From a virus (taxonomy: Duplodnaviria; Caudoviricetes): 33,723 nt of DNA. Shown here piece after piece: positions 16,151-26,316 of the stretch. The stretch's first letter is position 1; each line of letters opens with the position of its first letter. Location of the stretch: positions 1 through 33,723 of the IMG/VR virus record IMGVR_UViG_3300012208_000070. One strand, given 5' to 3'. The notes beneath the pieces were generated by a model, which was given only the letters and a program-made list of their open reading frames with translations, was not told where the DNA came from and searched no databases. The position numbers and the translations under genes were made by a program.

Positions 16151-19100
16151 TGCCAGTATTTGAATATAAATTAAGAGAAGAATTAAAAAAAAGAGGTATT
16201 GATCCTGATAGTGCAGAACTTGTTGATGATGCAGAAGAACAATCTGCAAATATTAGTTCTCCAACTATTAAACCAAAATCTTCTACTTTTGGTGCTACTG
16301 CTAGATCATTTGCTACTGGAGTTTTACCAACAACTGCTGGATTAGTAGGAGGTAGTTTAGCGGCTGCTCCTTTTACTGGTGGAGCTTCAATTCCAGTTGG
16401 TTTAATTGCAGGTATAGCTACTTCTATTCTTGCTGGTAAAGGACAACAAAAAGCTATAGAAGCTATATCTCCAGAATTTGCACAGCAATTACAAACAGAT
16501 GTAGAACAACATCCAATTGCTACAACTATAGGTTCTTTAGCTTCTGCTTTGCCAACACTTAGACCAGGTATTAAATCTTTACCTAGTGCTGGTAGAGCTA
16601 TTAGAGATATTATAACTCCAGGTATTAGACCACATGCTACTGATATAGGTAATTTACTTAATGTAGGTTTAGGTTCTACAATTCAACCATCTATTAGATT
16701 AGCTACTGATCCTGAACTTAGAAAGAAAGCTCTTGCTGGTGATCCAGAATCTTTAGCTATATTAGGAATGGAAACTGTTGGTGGTGGTTTATTAAATGAT
16801 CCTAGAAAATGGACAAAATCTATAGGATTACATCCAAATGTTTATAGAGAAGATATTTTCAAAGGAGCTAGAGAAGCACAAAAACCTGATTTTATAGATG
16901 TAGAATCAGAAAAAATTCCAGAAGAAATTAAACTAAAGTCTCCATTAGAAACTGAACCTGTTATTCCTGGATATGAAAAAGCAGAAGTAGTTCCTACTAC
17001 AGAGAGTGGTGCAATTGGTGAATTAAAACAACGAGAAATAAAAGCTAAGAATGAGGCTATACAATTAAAAAAGGTTGCCGCAGCCGAAAGTAAATCTCAG
17101 AATGAAGCTAAAAGATTAGCAAAAATATATCAAACTGGAGATAAGAATGTTGCAGAATATTTTGGAATAGATTATTTAAAAGATTTTCAACCTTTATCTA
17201 ATGAAGCAAAAGGTAGATTAAGAGAAGGATATAAATATGAATTACAACAGGCTAAATTAGAAAAAGAAGCTACTGCAGAACCTGTTGTAAGCAAGAAAGA
17301 AGAACTGAAACCAGAGGAAACTAAAATTCCATTTGCTGAGGAAAAATTGATAGAACAACAAAAAGAAGATGATAGACTTAAATATTTAATTGAGGCTACT
17401 GGAGAAAAACAAGTAGAAGGTCCAAGTAAGTTAAAAGAGAGAGAAGGAATATATAGTGAGGAAGAACAATCTAAACTTTCTGAGTTAGCACAGAAAAGAA
17501 CAGAACCTTTAGTAAAAGGTGCAGAAAAAGAAGGTTTAATTCTAAAACCTACTAATGCTCTATTTGGAATGTTCCAAAAATTAGGTGTTCTTAGGAACAT
17601 GAAGTTAATTAAAGATAGAGTTTTCAAGTCTGATGGAACTGAAGTGAAAGGACAAGCAATCCTAAGAAATGGTTTAGAAGAAGCTATTGCTAAAGTAAAT
17701 CCTGAGACTGGAACAATAGAAACTGCGCCACATGAATTAGGTCATATATTTAGAGATGATCTATTAAAGCATGGAAATGATTCTGAGAAAAAGATAGTTA
17801 CTAAAGGTGATAGAATTATAGAAGCTTCGCCTGAATATCAGGAATGGAAATCTGCAAGAAAAGCTGAAAATAAGGAATCTTCTATAGAAGAATATTATAA
17901 TACTCATGTAGGAGAAGATTCTATTAGACGTGTATTAAAAACTGATGGAGATGGAAAATTTAAATCATTTTTAAAGGACTTCTGGTCTGCTGTTAAGGTT
18001 AAATATGGAAATCCAGAATCTAAAGATTTTGTTAGACTTATGAGTAATAAGCTAATAAATGATGCTCCTTTTAAAGAAACATTTGGAAAAGATGTTCAAT
18101 CTAAAGTTCCTTTAAGTTCTATAGAAGAAACTAGAACTCCAGAAGCTAGGTTATCTGAAGAAGAAACTCAACCTAGTAAAGAACAGTTAATATTTGATAG
18201 AATACCAGATAAGACTGGAATTCCTGGAATTACACAGGAAGGCTTACAAGAACCTATAATGGATTTTAAAAATAGTAGTTTAGATGAACAGTCCTATTGG
18301 AAATTCTTAACTAAAGTTAAAGGATATACAAAAGCTGAAGCAAATGAACAATTAAATAAATTTAGAACTCTTCAAAATGAAAGACCTGGTAACTTTATTC
18401 CAAAATATTCCGAAGAAGAATATAATAAGTTACCTACTGCTCCTGTTAAATATTCTGGTAAATTTGAGGGTGATGAAATGTTACCAAGCTTTCATAACTA
18501 TAATCTAACAGAAGATATTTCAGGTCATCCTAAAGATTCTACACTTGCTCAGGCTACTTTAGCAAATAAAGGTTATAGAATACCCAATGAATTGGAACAA
18601 CATAGTTATAAAGAGATGGTAGAAAATAGTGATAAATTAAATAAGTTGAAAGAGAATTTAGGAAAATTTTCTGAAGAAGAAGGTAGTAAATTACCTAAAA
18701 AAGAATATAAAACTCCAGTCGAACAGTTAGAAGAAAGTAAACATCCTATAGATAAAGAAATATTAGATCAGTTACATATTGTTAAAAATATAAATACAGA
18801 AGGAAGAAAAGTTGTAATAACTAGAGATAGTTTTGATAAAAATAGTTCAGAATATCAATCAGCAAAATTTAAAGTTGAGAAATTAAAACAAGATTATAAA
18901 AAAGCGATTGAAAAGTTAAAACAACTCTGGGGTCCAGAAGATGTAACTAAACAAAGTGAAGAAGAAGGTTCTAAATTACCTAAATATTCAGAGAAAGAAA
19001 TACCTAAATTAAGAATGCTTCCCCAAACAAAAGAAGCTGTAGAATCTTCGTCTAATCCAAAACAAGAAGAGACTAAATTAAAGAATTTCTCTACACCCTG

Positions 19101-21465
19101 GGGACTTAAATTTCTAACTCCTAGAATTGATAAAATAGCAGAACAATTTAAAAATAATACTGGAAACTATGTATCTAATCAATTACATAAATGGTGGGGA
19201 TGGACAGATCAATTAGCCGGACAAATTGGAAATAAACAAATAGCAAATTTTAAGGATGCTAATTTTACAGAAGCAGAACATAGCTCTCTTGTAAAATATC
19301 TTTACGACATGGATAGTAAAGGAAATTCTGATGTAAAGTTAAATACTAAACAAGAAGATTTTGTTTCTAAATATTTAGAGAATATTCGAGAACCTAAACT
19401 TTTACAGAGAGAATTAGGTCTTAAGGTTGCTGGCCGTTTAGCAGGTATAAAAGAAGATGGTTACTTTCCTAATATGCTGGATAATGATGTAGCCTATAAC
19501 TGGAGTGAGAAAAGTGATTCAGAACAATCTAAAACTTATGATAAATTATATACTGATTTTCTAGAGAAAAATGGTCTTTCTAAAGAAGATGCTTTAGCAC
19601 AATTAAAAGATTATAAAGATGCTATAGGACATCATGTATCTCCTGATGTAGAATTTGGTGCTATTAGAAAAGCAGAAGGGCTAGGACTTCCTTTTGAATT
19701 AATTGAGAAGAATCTTCCTCATTTAATGTCACGTTATGCTAGTAGAGCAGCTAGAGATTTAGGATATTTTAAATTTTTACAAAATGATCCTAAAATGAGG
19801 AAAGCTTTTAATCTACAAGATCAATTTGGAAATAGAGATAAAACTGATTTAGCTCCAGATATAGAACATATTGGTGGTGCTAAAGTTTCTAAAGATGCTT
19901 TAGCTTCTGTTTTGGGCGCGGATAGATCAACTAGAAATCCTAAGATATTAGCTATATCTCGTATTGTAAATAATGTTTTAATGGGTGTTGGGACACCTAT
20001 TAGGAATCTAGTTAATATTCCAGGTTTTATTTCTACTTATGTTCGCCCAGGTCAGATTCCACTTATATTTAAAGCTTTTGGTAATATGAATGATAGTGCA
20101 GCTAGAGCTTTTGAAAATAATTCTATTAGAGCTTCATTTGCTGATTATGATACAGCCGGAGATTTTGTATCTAGTCCTGATCCTTTTATAAGAAGACTTT
20201 CTGAGGGTTCTTATATATTGAGGAAATACCAAGGAAGAAATCTTTCTGATAAATTAGAAGGTTGGTATATACATACATTAGGAGAATTACTTGCAAAAGA
20301 TAATTTAGCAGCAGCAAAGAATGGAGATAAAGAAGCTGTAAGACTAAGTAGAAGATTTGGAGATACACTAGAAGGTGGAGTAGATAAACTATTTGAAAAG
20401 AATGCTATTGTAAAGGATGAACATATACAAGCAATAGCAAAAAGATTTACTGATGCTGTAAGAGGAACATATGGTCCTGAAGGAGTTCCTACTTGGACAT
20501 CAGAGGGTGGATTAAGTTTTTTTACTCAGCTTTCTAGATTTAATATAGAGAAAGCAAATACAATTTGGAAAGATGCAATTTTACCAATTAAAGAGGGCTC
20601 TTATGGTCCATTACTTAGGACTGCTCTTGGTGGTATTTTAACTGGTGCAGCAATAGAACAAATAAATGAATTACTTTCTGGTAAAAGAAGTGTTGATCCT
20701 ACAATAACTGAAGTAGAAAAATTTGGAAGTCCAGTAGATGTAGGAGCTAAAGTAATTGGTCTGTGGCAATTAGCTTCTATTGCTGGAATAATTTCTGACT
20801 TTTCTAAAGTTGGCTCTAATCTAGCTCAAGGAAAAGGGATTAAATATAATAATCCACTTAGCTTTCCACTTTATTCTTTTGCTACAGATGTTCTTGCTAA
20901 GAATACAAGTGATTTAGTAAATTCTATCCAAGACGGTGATGATCCTATAGAAAGTCTAGCTTCTTATATTCAAGCTCTTGCGCAACAAAGTTCTCAGACT
21001 TATAGATATGTTGATGCAAATTTTGTTAATCCAGAATTAGCTAAAAGAAAAGAAGCTTTTCGCGATCTTAGAATATTTAAAGAACTAGATTCTGGAGATA
21101 TTCCACAGGGAACTGGAGAATTACCTAATGTAATTGGAGGAAAAAAATTAAAAGAGTTTAAACAAAGTTCTGATCTAGAAATTGTAGCAAAACTATTACC
21201 AGAATTAATTGATAAAGCATTAGAAAAATCTAAAGATAATTCTGGTAATGTTGATCCTTTTGTTCTTAAAAAAGAACTACAGAAAATAAAGGAGAATAAC
21301 TACCAAACTATGCCATCTCCTACAGATATGCCTATTAAATTTGTGAAGTTTATTTCTTTTCTTGAAAAATCACAAGGAAAAGAGGCTGCCGCAAGTAGAT
21401 TACAAGATTATCTTTTACAAAACTTAGTAAATAAAGAGAAATCTAAATTAGTTCCATCACTCTAA
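16150..21465 (+). CDS. large ejection/polyvalent protein with zincin-like HExxH motif
   Basis: 1771 aa; hydrophobic Gly/Ala N-terminal helices; APHELGHIF; repeated SEEE linkers; last gene of structural module. Confidence 0.75.
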   Translation: MPVFEYKLREELKKRGIDPDSAELVDDAEEQSANISSPTIKPKSSTFGATARSFATGVLPTTAGLVGGSLAAAPFTGGASIPVGLIAGIATSILAGKGQQKAIEAISPEFAQQLQTDVEQHPIATTIGSLASALPTLRPGIKSLPSAGRAIRDIITPGIRPHATDIGNLLNVGLGSTIQPSIRLATDPELRKKALAGDPESLAILGMETVGGGLLNDPRKWTKSIGLHPNVYREDIFKGAREAQKPDFIDVESEKIPEEIKLKSPLETEPVIPGYEKAEVVPTTESGAIGELKQREIKAKNEAIQLKKVAAAESKSQNEAKRLAKIYQTGDKNVAEYFGIDYLKDFQPLSNEAKGRLREGYKYELQQAKLEKEATAEPVVSKKEELKPEETKIPFAEEKLIEQQKEDDRLKYLIEATGEKQVEGPSKLKEREGIYSEEEQSKLSELAQKRTEPLVKGAEKEGLILKPTNALFGMFQKLGVLRNMKLIKDRVFKSDGTEVKGQAILRNGLEEAIAKVNPETGTIETAPHELGHIFRDDLLKHGNDSEKKIVTKGDRIIEASPEYQEWKSARKAENKESSIEEYYNTHVGEDSIRRVLKTDGDGKFKSFLKDFWSAVKVKYGNPESKDFVRLMSNKLINDAPFKETFGKDVQSKVPLSSIEETRTPEARLSEEETQPSKEQLIFDRIPDKTGIPGITQEGLQEPIMDFKNSSLDEQSYWKFLTKVKGYTKAEANEQLNKFRTLQNERPGNFIPKYSEEEYNKLPTAPVKYSGKFEGDEMLPSFHNYNLTEDISGHPKDSTLAQATLANKGYRIPNELEQHSYKEMVENSDKLNKLKENLGKFSEEEGSKLPKKEYKTPVEQLEESKHPIDKEILDQLHIVKNINTEGRKVVITRDSFDKNSSEYQSAKFKVEKLKQDYKKAIEKLKQLWGPEDVTKQSEEEGSKLPKYSEKEIPKLRMLPQTKEAVESSSNPKQEETKLKNFSTPWGLKFLTPRIDKIAEQFKNNTGNYVSNQLHKWWGWTDQLAGQIGNKQIANFKDANFTEAEHSSLVKYLYDMDSKGNSDVKLNTKQEDFVSKYLENIREPKLLQRELGLKVAGRLAGIKEDGYFPNMLDNDVAYNWSEKSDSEQSKTYDKLYTDFLEKNGLSKEDALAQLKDYKDAIGHHVSPDVEFGAIRKAEGLGLPFELIEKNLPHLMSRYASRAARDLGYFKFLQNDPKMRKAFNLQDQFGNRDKTDLAPDIEHIGGAKVSKDALASVLGADRSTRNPKILAISRIVNNVLMGVGTPIRNLVNIPGFISTYVRPGQIPLIFKAFGNMNDSAARAFENNSIRASFADYDTAGDFVSSPDPFIRRLSEGSYILRKYQGRNLSDKLEGWYIHTLGELLAKDNLAAAKNGDKEAVRLSRRFGDTLEGGVDKLFEKNAIVKDEHIQAIAKRFTDAVRGTYGPEGVPTWTSEGGLSFFTQLSRFNIEKANTIWKDAILPIKEGSYGPLLRTALGGILTGAAIEQINELLSGKRSVDPTITEVEKFGSPVDVGAKVIGLWQLASIAGIISDFSKVGSNLAQGKGIKYNNPLSFPLYSFATDVLAKNTSDLVNSIQDGDDPIESLASYIQALAQQSSQTYRYVDANFVNPELAKRKEAFRDLRIFKELDSGDIPQGTGELPNVIGGKKLKEFKQSSDLEIVAKLLPELIDKALEKSKDNSGNVDPFVLKKELQKIKENNYQTMPSPTDMPIKFVKFISFLEKSQGKEAAASRLQDYLLQNLVNKEKSKLVPSL
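17449..19011 (+). repeat. dispersed x[YFLQ]SE[EK]ExxK-like peptide repeats
   Basis: IYSEEEQSKL ~17449, RLSEEETQPSK ~18148, KYSEEEYNKL ~18403, KFSEEEGSKL ~18664, KQSEEEGSKLP-KYSEKEIPKL ~18949-19011. Confidence 0.8.
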
Positions 21466-21666
21466 AGTAGCAGCTTTAATTCCATTAATAAGGCAGCTTC
21501 TACATATATCAATATTTGTTGTATCAAAACGACAATTTAATTTTATTTCTACAATTCCAATAGATAGTATTTCTCCATTTTTTCTATGTAAATTAATTTG
21601 TCCTGTAATTTCTTCTAATACTTCTTTATATTCATTTCCGCAAATATCACATATTATTTTTCTCAT
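21457..21666 (-). CDS. small zinc-finger protein
   Basis: CDIC...CRSC. Confidence 0.6.
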   Translation of the reverse strand: MRKIICDICGNEYKEVLEEITGQINLHRKNGEILSIGIVEIKLNCRFDTTNIDICRSCLINGIKAATLE

Positions 21667-22163
21667 AATTTTCCTATCATAATAGAACTTGCATTATAGA
21701 ATCCTTCTGGTCTCTCTTCTTTTGGAACTTTACAATAACAGATAGATAATACTTTACTTAAGTTTATTGTCAATCTTTCTGAATTATATCTAGAACTTCT
21801 TTGTGTTTTTCCAGAATTATATTTATAGAATATATCCTGCTGTGCTCTAGATAAATTTAAAAGTAAATTTTCATTTAAAATTGCTCCAAAAGCTGGAAGA
21901 CTTAAACTTATTTTATCTTCTATTGGTAAGTTTAATTTCTCTGCTACAGTTAAAAAATGAATGAAAGCAGCACACCAAGATTCATTTTTATTTAAAGTAT
22001 CTTTCCATTCCATTCCATCTTTAATTTGATATATTCCTATTGCAAATCTTTCAAGAATATTTGCTGGATATTTTCCATTAATATCATAGAATCTAACCCA
22101 CTCTTGTAATTCTAGAATATTATCAGATCTAATTGGTGCTAATATTTGTATACTCATAATCAT
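21663..22163 (-). CDS. hypothetical protein, weakly MazG-like all-alpha
   Basis: NESWCAAFIHFLTVAEKLNLPIE echoes the MazG C-terminal helix without ExxD; next to thyX. Confidence 0.3.
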   Translation of the reverse strand: MIMSIQILAPIRSDNILELQEWVRFYDINGKYPANILERFAIGIYQIKDGMEWKDTLNKNESWCAAFIHFLTVAEKLNLPIEDKISLSLPAFGAILNENLLLNLSRAQQDIFYKYNSGKTQRSSRYNSERLTINLSKVLSICYCKVPKEERPEGFYNASSIMIGKL

Positions 22164-22864
22164 ATTTTATTAGGATTTAAAAATAATTCATAAGCTTCTA
22201 ATGTCCAAGGAAATATTTCTTTAACTATTTCTTTCATAGCTTTAGCAAATTGTTGATGTTCCCATTGAGCATGTAAATCATCTCTTAGAATAAAATACTT
22301 TAAAAGATTATTCAAGTCCCATGTAGAATATATTTCTGTATAAATACCAACAGGTAATATTATTCTAGCCATTTCTTTTGCTATTCCTTCCTTAATTAAA
22401 CATTTATAAAATTCATATATTTTTATATATATTCTATTTAAACATATTTCAGCATAATCTCTAAACTCTTCAAAAGTTATTTCAGGTCTAAATTCTTTTT
22501 CTTCAATACTTCCTTGTTTATTTTTAGTATCTTGTCTTCTCCATTTTTCTGGTATATAAAATTCATCAGGTAGTTCTGTATACCTAGCTGATATTTCATT
22601 TATGTTTTGCATTCTATGGCGCACAAATTGTCTCATTACAAAAATTGGCATCTTTATGTTAAATGTAATTTTACACATTTCAAGGGGAGATGTATGTTTA
22701 TTTTTAATAAGATAATGTAATAATTTTTTATCAGCTTCTTCACCTTTAGAGGGACTTTTATATGATATGCGCGCGGCTTCTACTATTCTTTCATCGGAAC
22801 CCATATGATCTATGTAGCGAACATAACCTTTATCTAATACTTTTATTTCGTAACCTTTATTCAT
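22160..22864 (-). CDS. thyX: flavin-dependent thymidylate synthase
   Basis: IVEAARISY, HTSPLE, RQFVRHRMQNINEISARY, EMARIILP, HAQWE. Confidence 0.95.
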   Translation of the reverse strand: MNKGYEIKVLDKGYVRYIDHMGSDERIVEAARISYKSPSKGEEADKKLLHYLIKNKHTSPLEMCKITFNIKMPIFVMRQFVRHRMQNINEISARYTELPDEFYIPEKWRRQDTKNKQGSIEEKEFRPEITFEEFRDYAEICLNRIYIKIYEFYKCLIKEGIAKEMARIILPVGIYTEIYSTWDLNNLLKYFILRDDLHAQWEHQQFAKAMKEIVKEIFPWTLEAYELFLNPNKI

Positions 22865-24108
22865 ATAATATGGAATTTACTATTTTCTAACTTTAGTTTT
22901 CTTATCATCAACAAATATTCAAGGGTTTCATCTAAGCTCTGCTTACCATTTGGTAAGCTTCCCCAAAAAATAACAAGTAATTCTTTTTTGGTTTGTGGTC
23001 CAGTTTTTTGAATAAAACTAATTATTTCATCAGTTAGATCAGAGAGAGGATTTTTTACATCACTTGATAGTGCCATGTGCATCCTTCTTTCAGTATGGTC
23101 TAATAGAGCTATTGCTTTTTTGCATTCCTCTATATTTACTTTCATATCTAGATTATCTAAGAAATGTATTGCCATTGCTAGTTTTTGTATAGTTACTGGT
23201 TTTCTTGCATAATAGTAGTTTAGTTTTGGACTTGTATTGGGTCTTTTATACTTTTCTACTTTATTCCATAATTCAAGATATTCTGCAGCTTCTGGTTCAA
23301 ATACAACTTCTCCATAAAGAAGCGAGAGTTTTTTTATATGCTCTAAAATTATACTATATTCCTCCATTTGTTCTTTAGAAAACTCTGGCGGCTTCAATCT
23401 ATCAAATCTATTAGATAATTCAAAGACAAATATACATCTACTTGCAAAACCTTCATTTAATAATTCATCAGAAAATACTCTTTTTAGAAATTTTGGAGTA
23501 GTTCCTCCTATTAAAGAAAGGCAACAATTTTTTATAAAATCTCTTCCTCTAGATATAGTATCATATCTATAATCACCACAATCATAAGCTACAAGAAGAA
23601 AGCGAACAAGATCTTCTGTATGTTTTCTAAAAAGAGAACTTATTTCTTCTAGACAAAAAGCAAGACTAGAATGTATATAAGCTTTTTTAGTTTCATTTTC
23701 TTTATAAAAATAGGCTCTTACAGAACGTGATATTTCTCTAACAAGTGCTTCATAAGTAGAAGCATCAGCGCCAACTTGAAATAAAAGTGGTTTTTCCATC
23801 CCATGTTTAGGCTGTTCATTAAAATTTATTGTTTTAGTTTCTCCTATTTGATCTTTTTCTTTTTCTAGTTTAAAATATCTTAAAAGTTTATTAACTTCTG
23901 TAATTACAAGCCCTTTTCCAACACCTGGATCAGCAGTAAAAATTATATAAGGATTGGGAAATAATGGTTTACCATCAATTTGTCCACGCCAAATTCTTCT
24001 CTGAAGAGCTGCTGCTATAGTATAATACAAACCCCAATCTATATAACTATCTGGTGAAATGATAGTCTCGCAATAATATCTCCATCTATCCATGTTTGAT
24101 GTAAACAT
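22861..24108 (-). CDS. DUF3987/YfjI-like AAA+ replicative helicase
   Basis: PNPYIIFTADPGVGKG Walker A, CLEE Walker B, LIGGTTP, GFASR, C-terminal winged-helix-like region. Confidence 0.75.
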   Translation of the reverse strand: MFTSNMDRWRYYCETIISPDSYIDWGLYYTIAAALQRRIWRGQIDGKPLFPNPYIIFTADPGVGKGLVITEVNKLLRYFKLEKEKDQIGETKTINFNEQPKHGMEKPLLFQVGADASTYEALVREISRSVRAYFYKENETKKAYIHSSLAFCLEEISSLFRKHTEDLVRFLLVAYDCGDYRYDTISRGRDFIKNCCLSLIGGTTPKFLKRVFSDELLNEGFASRCIFVFELSNRFDRLKPPEFSKEQMEEYSIILEHIKKLSLLYGEVVFEPEAAEYLELWNKVEKYKRPNTSPKLNYYYARKPVTIQKLAMAIHFLDNLDMKVNIEECKKAIALLDHTERRMHMALSSDVKNPLSDLTDEIISFIQKTGPQTKKELLVIFWGSLPNGKQSLDETLEYLLMIRKLKLENSKFHII

Positions 24109-24126
24109 TGATTAGATAATATTAAA

Positions 24127-25179
24127 CTATTCTATTTCTTTAAGACCATTTGGATTATTTATTTCGTGATAATCACTCCAGTTATAACCTAATTTTAAAG
24201 AACTTTTCATTCTAAATTTAGTTCCATCGGTAGGTGATATATATTCTCTTTCTAGACCGTTTTTTAATAATAAACTACAATACTCTATATCTTTATCATT
24301 ATCAGGACATTCAGCTAAAATACTATCATGTCCATTATTCAGAATATGGTAATCTAGTTTTTCTTTTTCTATAATTTCTTGTATTTCTGTTATTGCTATA
24401 TTAGTTGCTGTCCCAACACTTGATTGTGGAATGAAAGCATATGCTTCCCTAATCATATTATCATCTATGAATCCAGTAAATTTAAAAGGAAATCCAAAAA
24501 GATTTCTTAGTTCTTTATACTTTCTAATATGCTCATATATTTTAGAATGCCATAAATGTATTTCTGGAAAGAGCTTATGAAACATCATAAGATATTGTTC
24601 GCCTTCTTTTTTAGAGAGTGCAATTAAACCTCCAGATTCCTCTAGTAAGGATAGGCAGAACTTAAATGCTTGCATACCATAGGAACTTGCGTGAACAATT
24701 TTCTTACCAATAAAATAATATCTTTCTTTTGAAGGCCAGTGATCAGAACTTCTAATAAGATTATCTAATTCTTTCCAAAAAGGTAGACTTCTTAAATATT
24801 TTATTTCTGTATTAATAGCTAAATCTATTTTTTCAGCATCAAAGTGTTTTTTAAATTGTTCAGCAAAAACATAAAGTGCTATAAAAGTATGAGGTTTTAT
24901 GTTATTTTTAAAAAGTGATCTATAATTTCCATCTCTGCATAAATAAGCTACTATTAAAGCTTCAGCACCAGACTGATCTTTTGATACTAATTTATACCCT
25001 TTATCAGCTTCCCAAATTATTCTCATACCTCCTTCTATATTTTGCCTATTGCCACCGAAATTGATCCATTTTGTATCATGTAAAGAGGAAAGTATCTTTC
25101 TACTTCCTAATCTAAATGTATTAGTCGCACTTACAATCCAATGACTTGTATCCCTAGGTTTATCTAGTTTATTGTGCAT
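24127..25179 (-). CDS. polA: DNA polymerase family A, C-terminal subunit (palm and fingers)
   Basis: TNTFRLGS..GGNRQNI, motif A DQSGAE, motif B KKIVHASSYG, PQS, motif C HDS. Confidence 0.9.
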   Translation of the reverse strand: MHNKLDKPRDTSHWIVSATNTFRLGSRKILSSLHDTKWINFGGNRQNIEGGMRIIWEADKGYKLVSKDQSGAEALIVAYLCRDGNYRSLFKNNIKPHTFIALYVFAEQFKKHFDAEKIDLAINTEIKYLRSLPFWKELDNLIRSSDHWPSKERYYFIGKKIVHASSYGMQAFKFCLSLLEESGGLIALSKKEGEQYLMMFHKLFPEIHLWHSKIYEHIRKYKELRNLFGFPFKFTGFIDDNMIREAYAFIPQSSVGTATNIAITEIQEIIEKEKLDYHILNNGHDSILAECPDNDKDIEYCSLLLKNGLEREYISPTDGTKFRMKSSLKLGYNWSDYHEINNPNGLKEIE

Positions 25180-25330
25180 TTTTTATTCTTGTATCGCTAA
25201 TAGAAAATTCCTTAGCTTTTATTATAGAAAATACACATCTACCCTCTATGCTTATTTTAATACCACCTTCTGTAATTATGATATTAACTTTATCTGGTTC
25301 TATATATTCAATACCTATTAATTGTTTCAT
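25169..25330 (-). CDS. hypothetical 53-aa protein
   Basis: MKQLIGIEYIEPDKVNII...KNAQ*; ATGA coupled upstream, overlaps the polA-C start. Confidence 0.55.
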   Translation of the reverse strand: MKQLIGIEYIEPDKVNIIITEGGIKISIEGRCVFSIIKAKEFSISDTRIKNAQ

Positions 25331-25506
25331 TTTTCAAATTCTATTTCTTTTAATATTTTATGTGCTTCATTTATTTTATCTAGAAGTTCTTTGTTTTTAC
25401 CTGTAAAATATTTTAGATTTGATAAAGCTTGTGTTATAGATTCTACGCCTAATTTACACTCATAAAAAAGATATAAAGACTCAAATTGTTTTTTTACTAT
25501 TTTCAT
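25327..25506 (-). CDS. hypothetical 59-aa protein
   Basis: MKIVKKQFESLYLF...EIEFEK*; fills the gap, overlaps both neighbours. Confidence 0.5.
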   Translation of the reverse strand: MKIVKKQFESLYLFYECKLGVESITQALSNLKYFTGKNKELLDKINEAHKILKEIEFEK

Positions 25507-25693
25507 TTATAAGATTCCATACTTTATTAAAAATTCTTCGATCTATTAATAATTTTGTAAAATAGTATTTAACACAATCATCACATAGATAAATTATTTT
25601 TTCTTCTTTTATAGTTTTATCTATAAATTTAAATAAATTACTAAGTTCACTTTTACATCTATTACATTTTATTGGTTTTAAGTATTCGCTCAT
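25481..25693 (-). CDS. small zinc-finger protein
   Basis: CNRC...CDDC. Confidence 0.6.
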   Translation of the reverse strand: MSEYLKPIKCNRCKSELSNLFKFIDKTIKEEKIIYLCDDCVKYYFTKLLIDRRIFNKVWNLINENSKKTI

Positions 25694-25883
25694 TGTATGT
25701 ATCTTCTGCTAATCTAATGGAATTAACCATTCCCCAGAGAATATATTCTTCTGTTATTGGATTCCATAATTTATCTTTACCTTGGTCTTCTACCATAAAA
25801 GTGCTTTTACAGCAAGCAGTATGTATACGAACTTGTATATACTTTTTCTCATTTTTAAAAGTAATATTTTCAACTATTATCAT
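25662..25883 (-). CDS. hypothetical protein
   Basis: 73 aa, ATGA coupling. Confidence 0.55.
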   Translation of the reverse strand: MIIVENITFKNEKKYIQVRIHTACCKSTFMVEDQGKDKLWNPITEEYILWGMVNSIRLAEDTYNERILKTNKM

Positions 25884-26104
25884 TTTATTTGTAAAGTGTC
25901 GTATGGTCTTCTGTCAAAAGCTTTTACATGAGTTTCTTCTATATGTTTTTTTATTACTATATGATCCCCACATTCATAGGTTCCATATTCTTTTATACTA
26001 TTAAGAAGTTCCTCACGTTTTGGTTTAAGCTCAGAATCTATAATTTCTTTCTGGCGCTCTAAATTATAAATATCTGCTGCTAGTTTTATTTGTTTATCAG
26101 TCAT
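25880..26104 (-). CDS. hypothetical coiled-coil plus beta protein
   Basis: 74 aa, ATGA coupling on both sides. Confidence 0.6.
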   Translation of the reverse strand: MTDKQIKLAADIYNLERQKEIIDSELKPKREELLNSIKEYGTYECGDHIVIKKHIEETHVKAFDRRPYDTLQIK

Positions 26105-26313
26105 ACTTGTTGTTCTATTGATGTTATGTAACTTATATCTATAAATTTAATTAGTTGTAATTCTTGATTTAAGATTATAACTCTATTTATAGGCGGAATA
26201 AAATAAATAAAATCTGGATGAAAAATTTGAGTTGATTTTCCGTCTACTGTATTTATTTTAAATGGTTTAAATGGGGCAAGATTTTTAAATGTTTCTAATT
26301 CTGTAATTGTCAT
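26101..26313 (-). CDS. Sm/Hfq-like small protein, paralog 1
   Basis: PFKPFKINTVDGKS..IFHPDFIYF...IDISYITSIE; similar to 29287 and 32331 ORFs. Confidence 0.55.
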   Translation of the reverse strand: MTITELETFKNLAPFKPFKINTVDGKSTQIFHPDFIYFIPPINRVIILNQELQLIKFIDISYITSIEQQV

Positions 26314-26316
26314 AAT

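Noticed and set aside
945-20368. Alternative-frame or antisense ORFs in the track (945-1148, 1244-1471, 1260-1502, 1767-2036, 2176-2358, 3678-3860, 6402-6620, 11350-11532, 13328-13609, 16064-16249, 17187-17627, 20186-20368)
   Set aside because: Shadow ORFs overlapping well-supported genes, with no motifs
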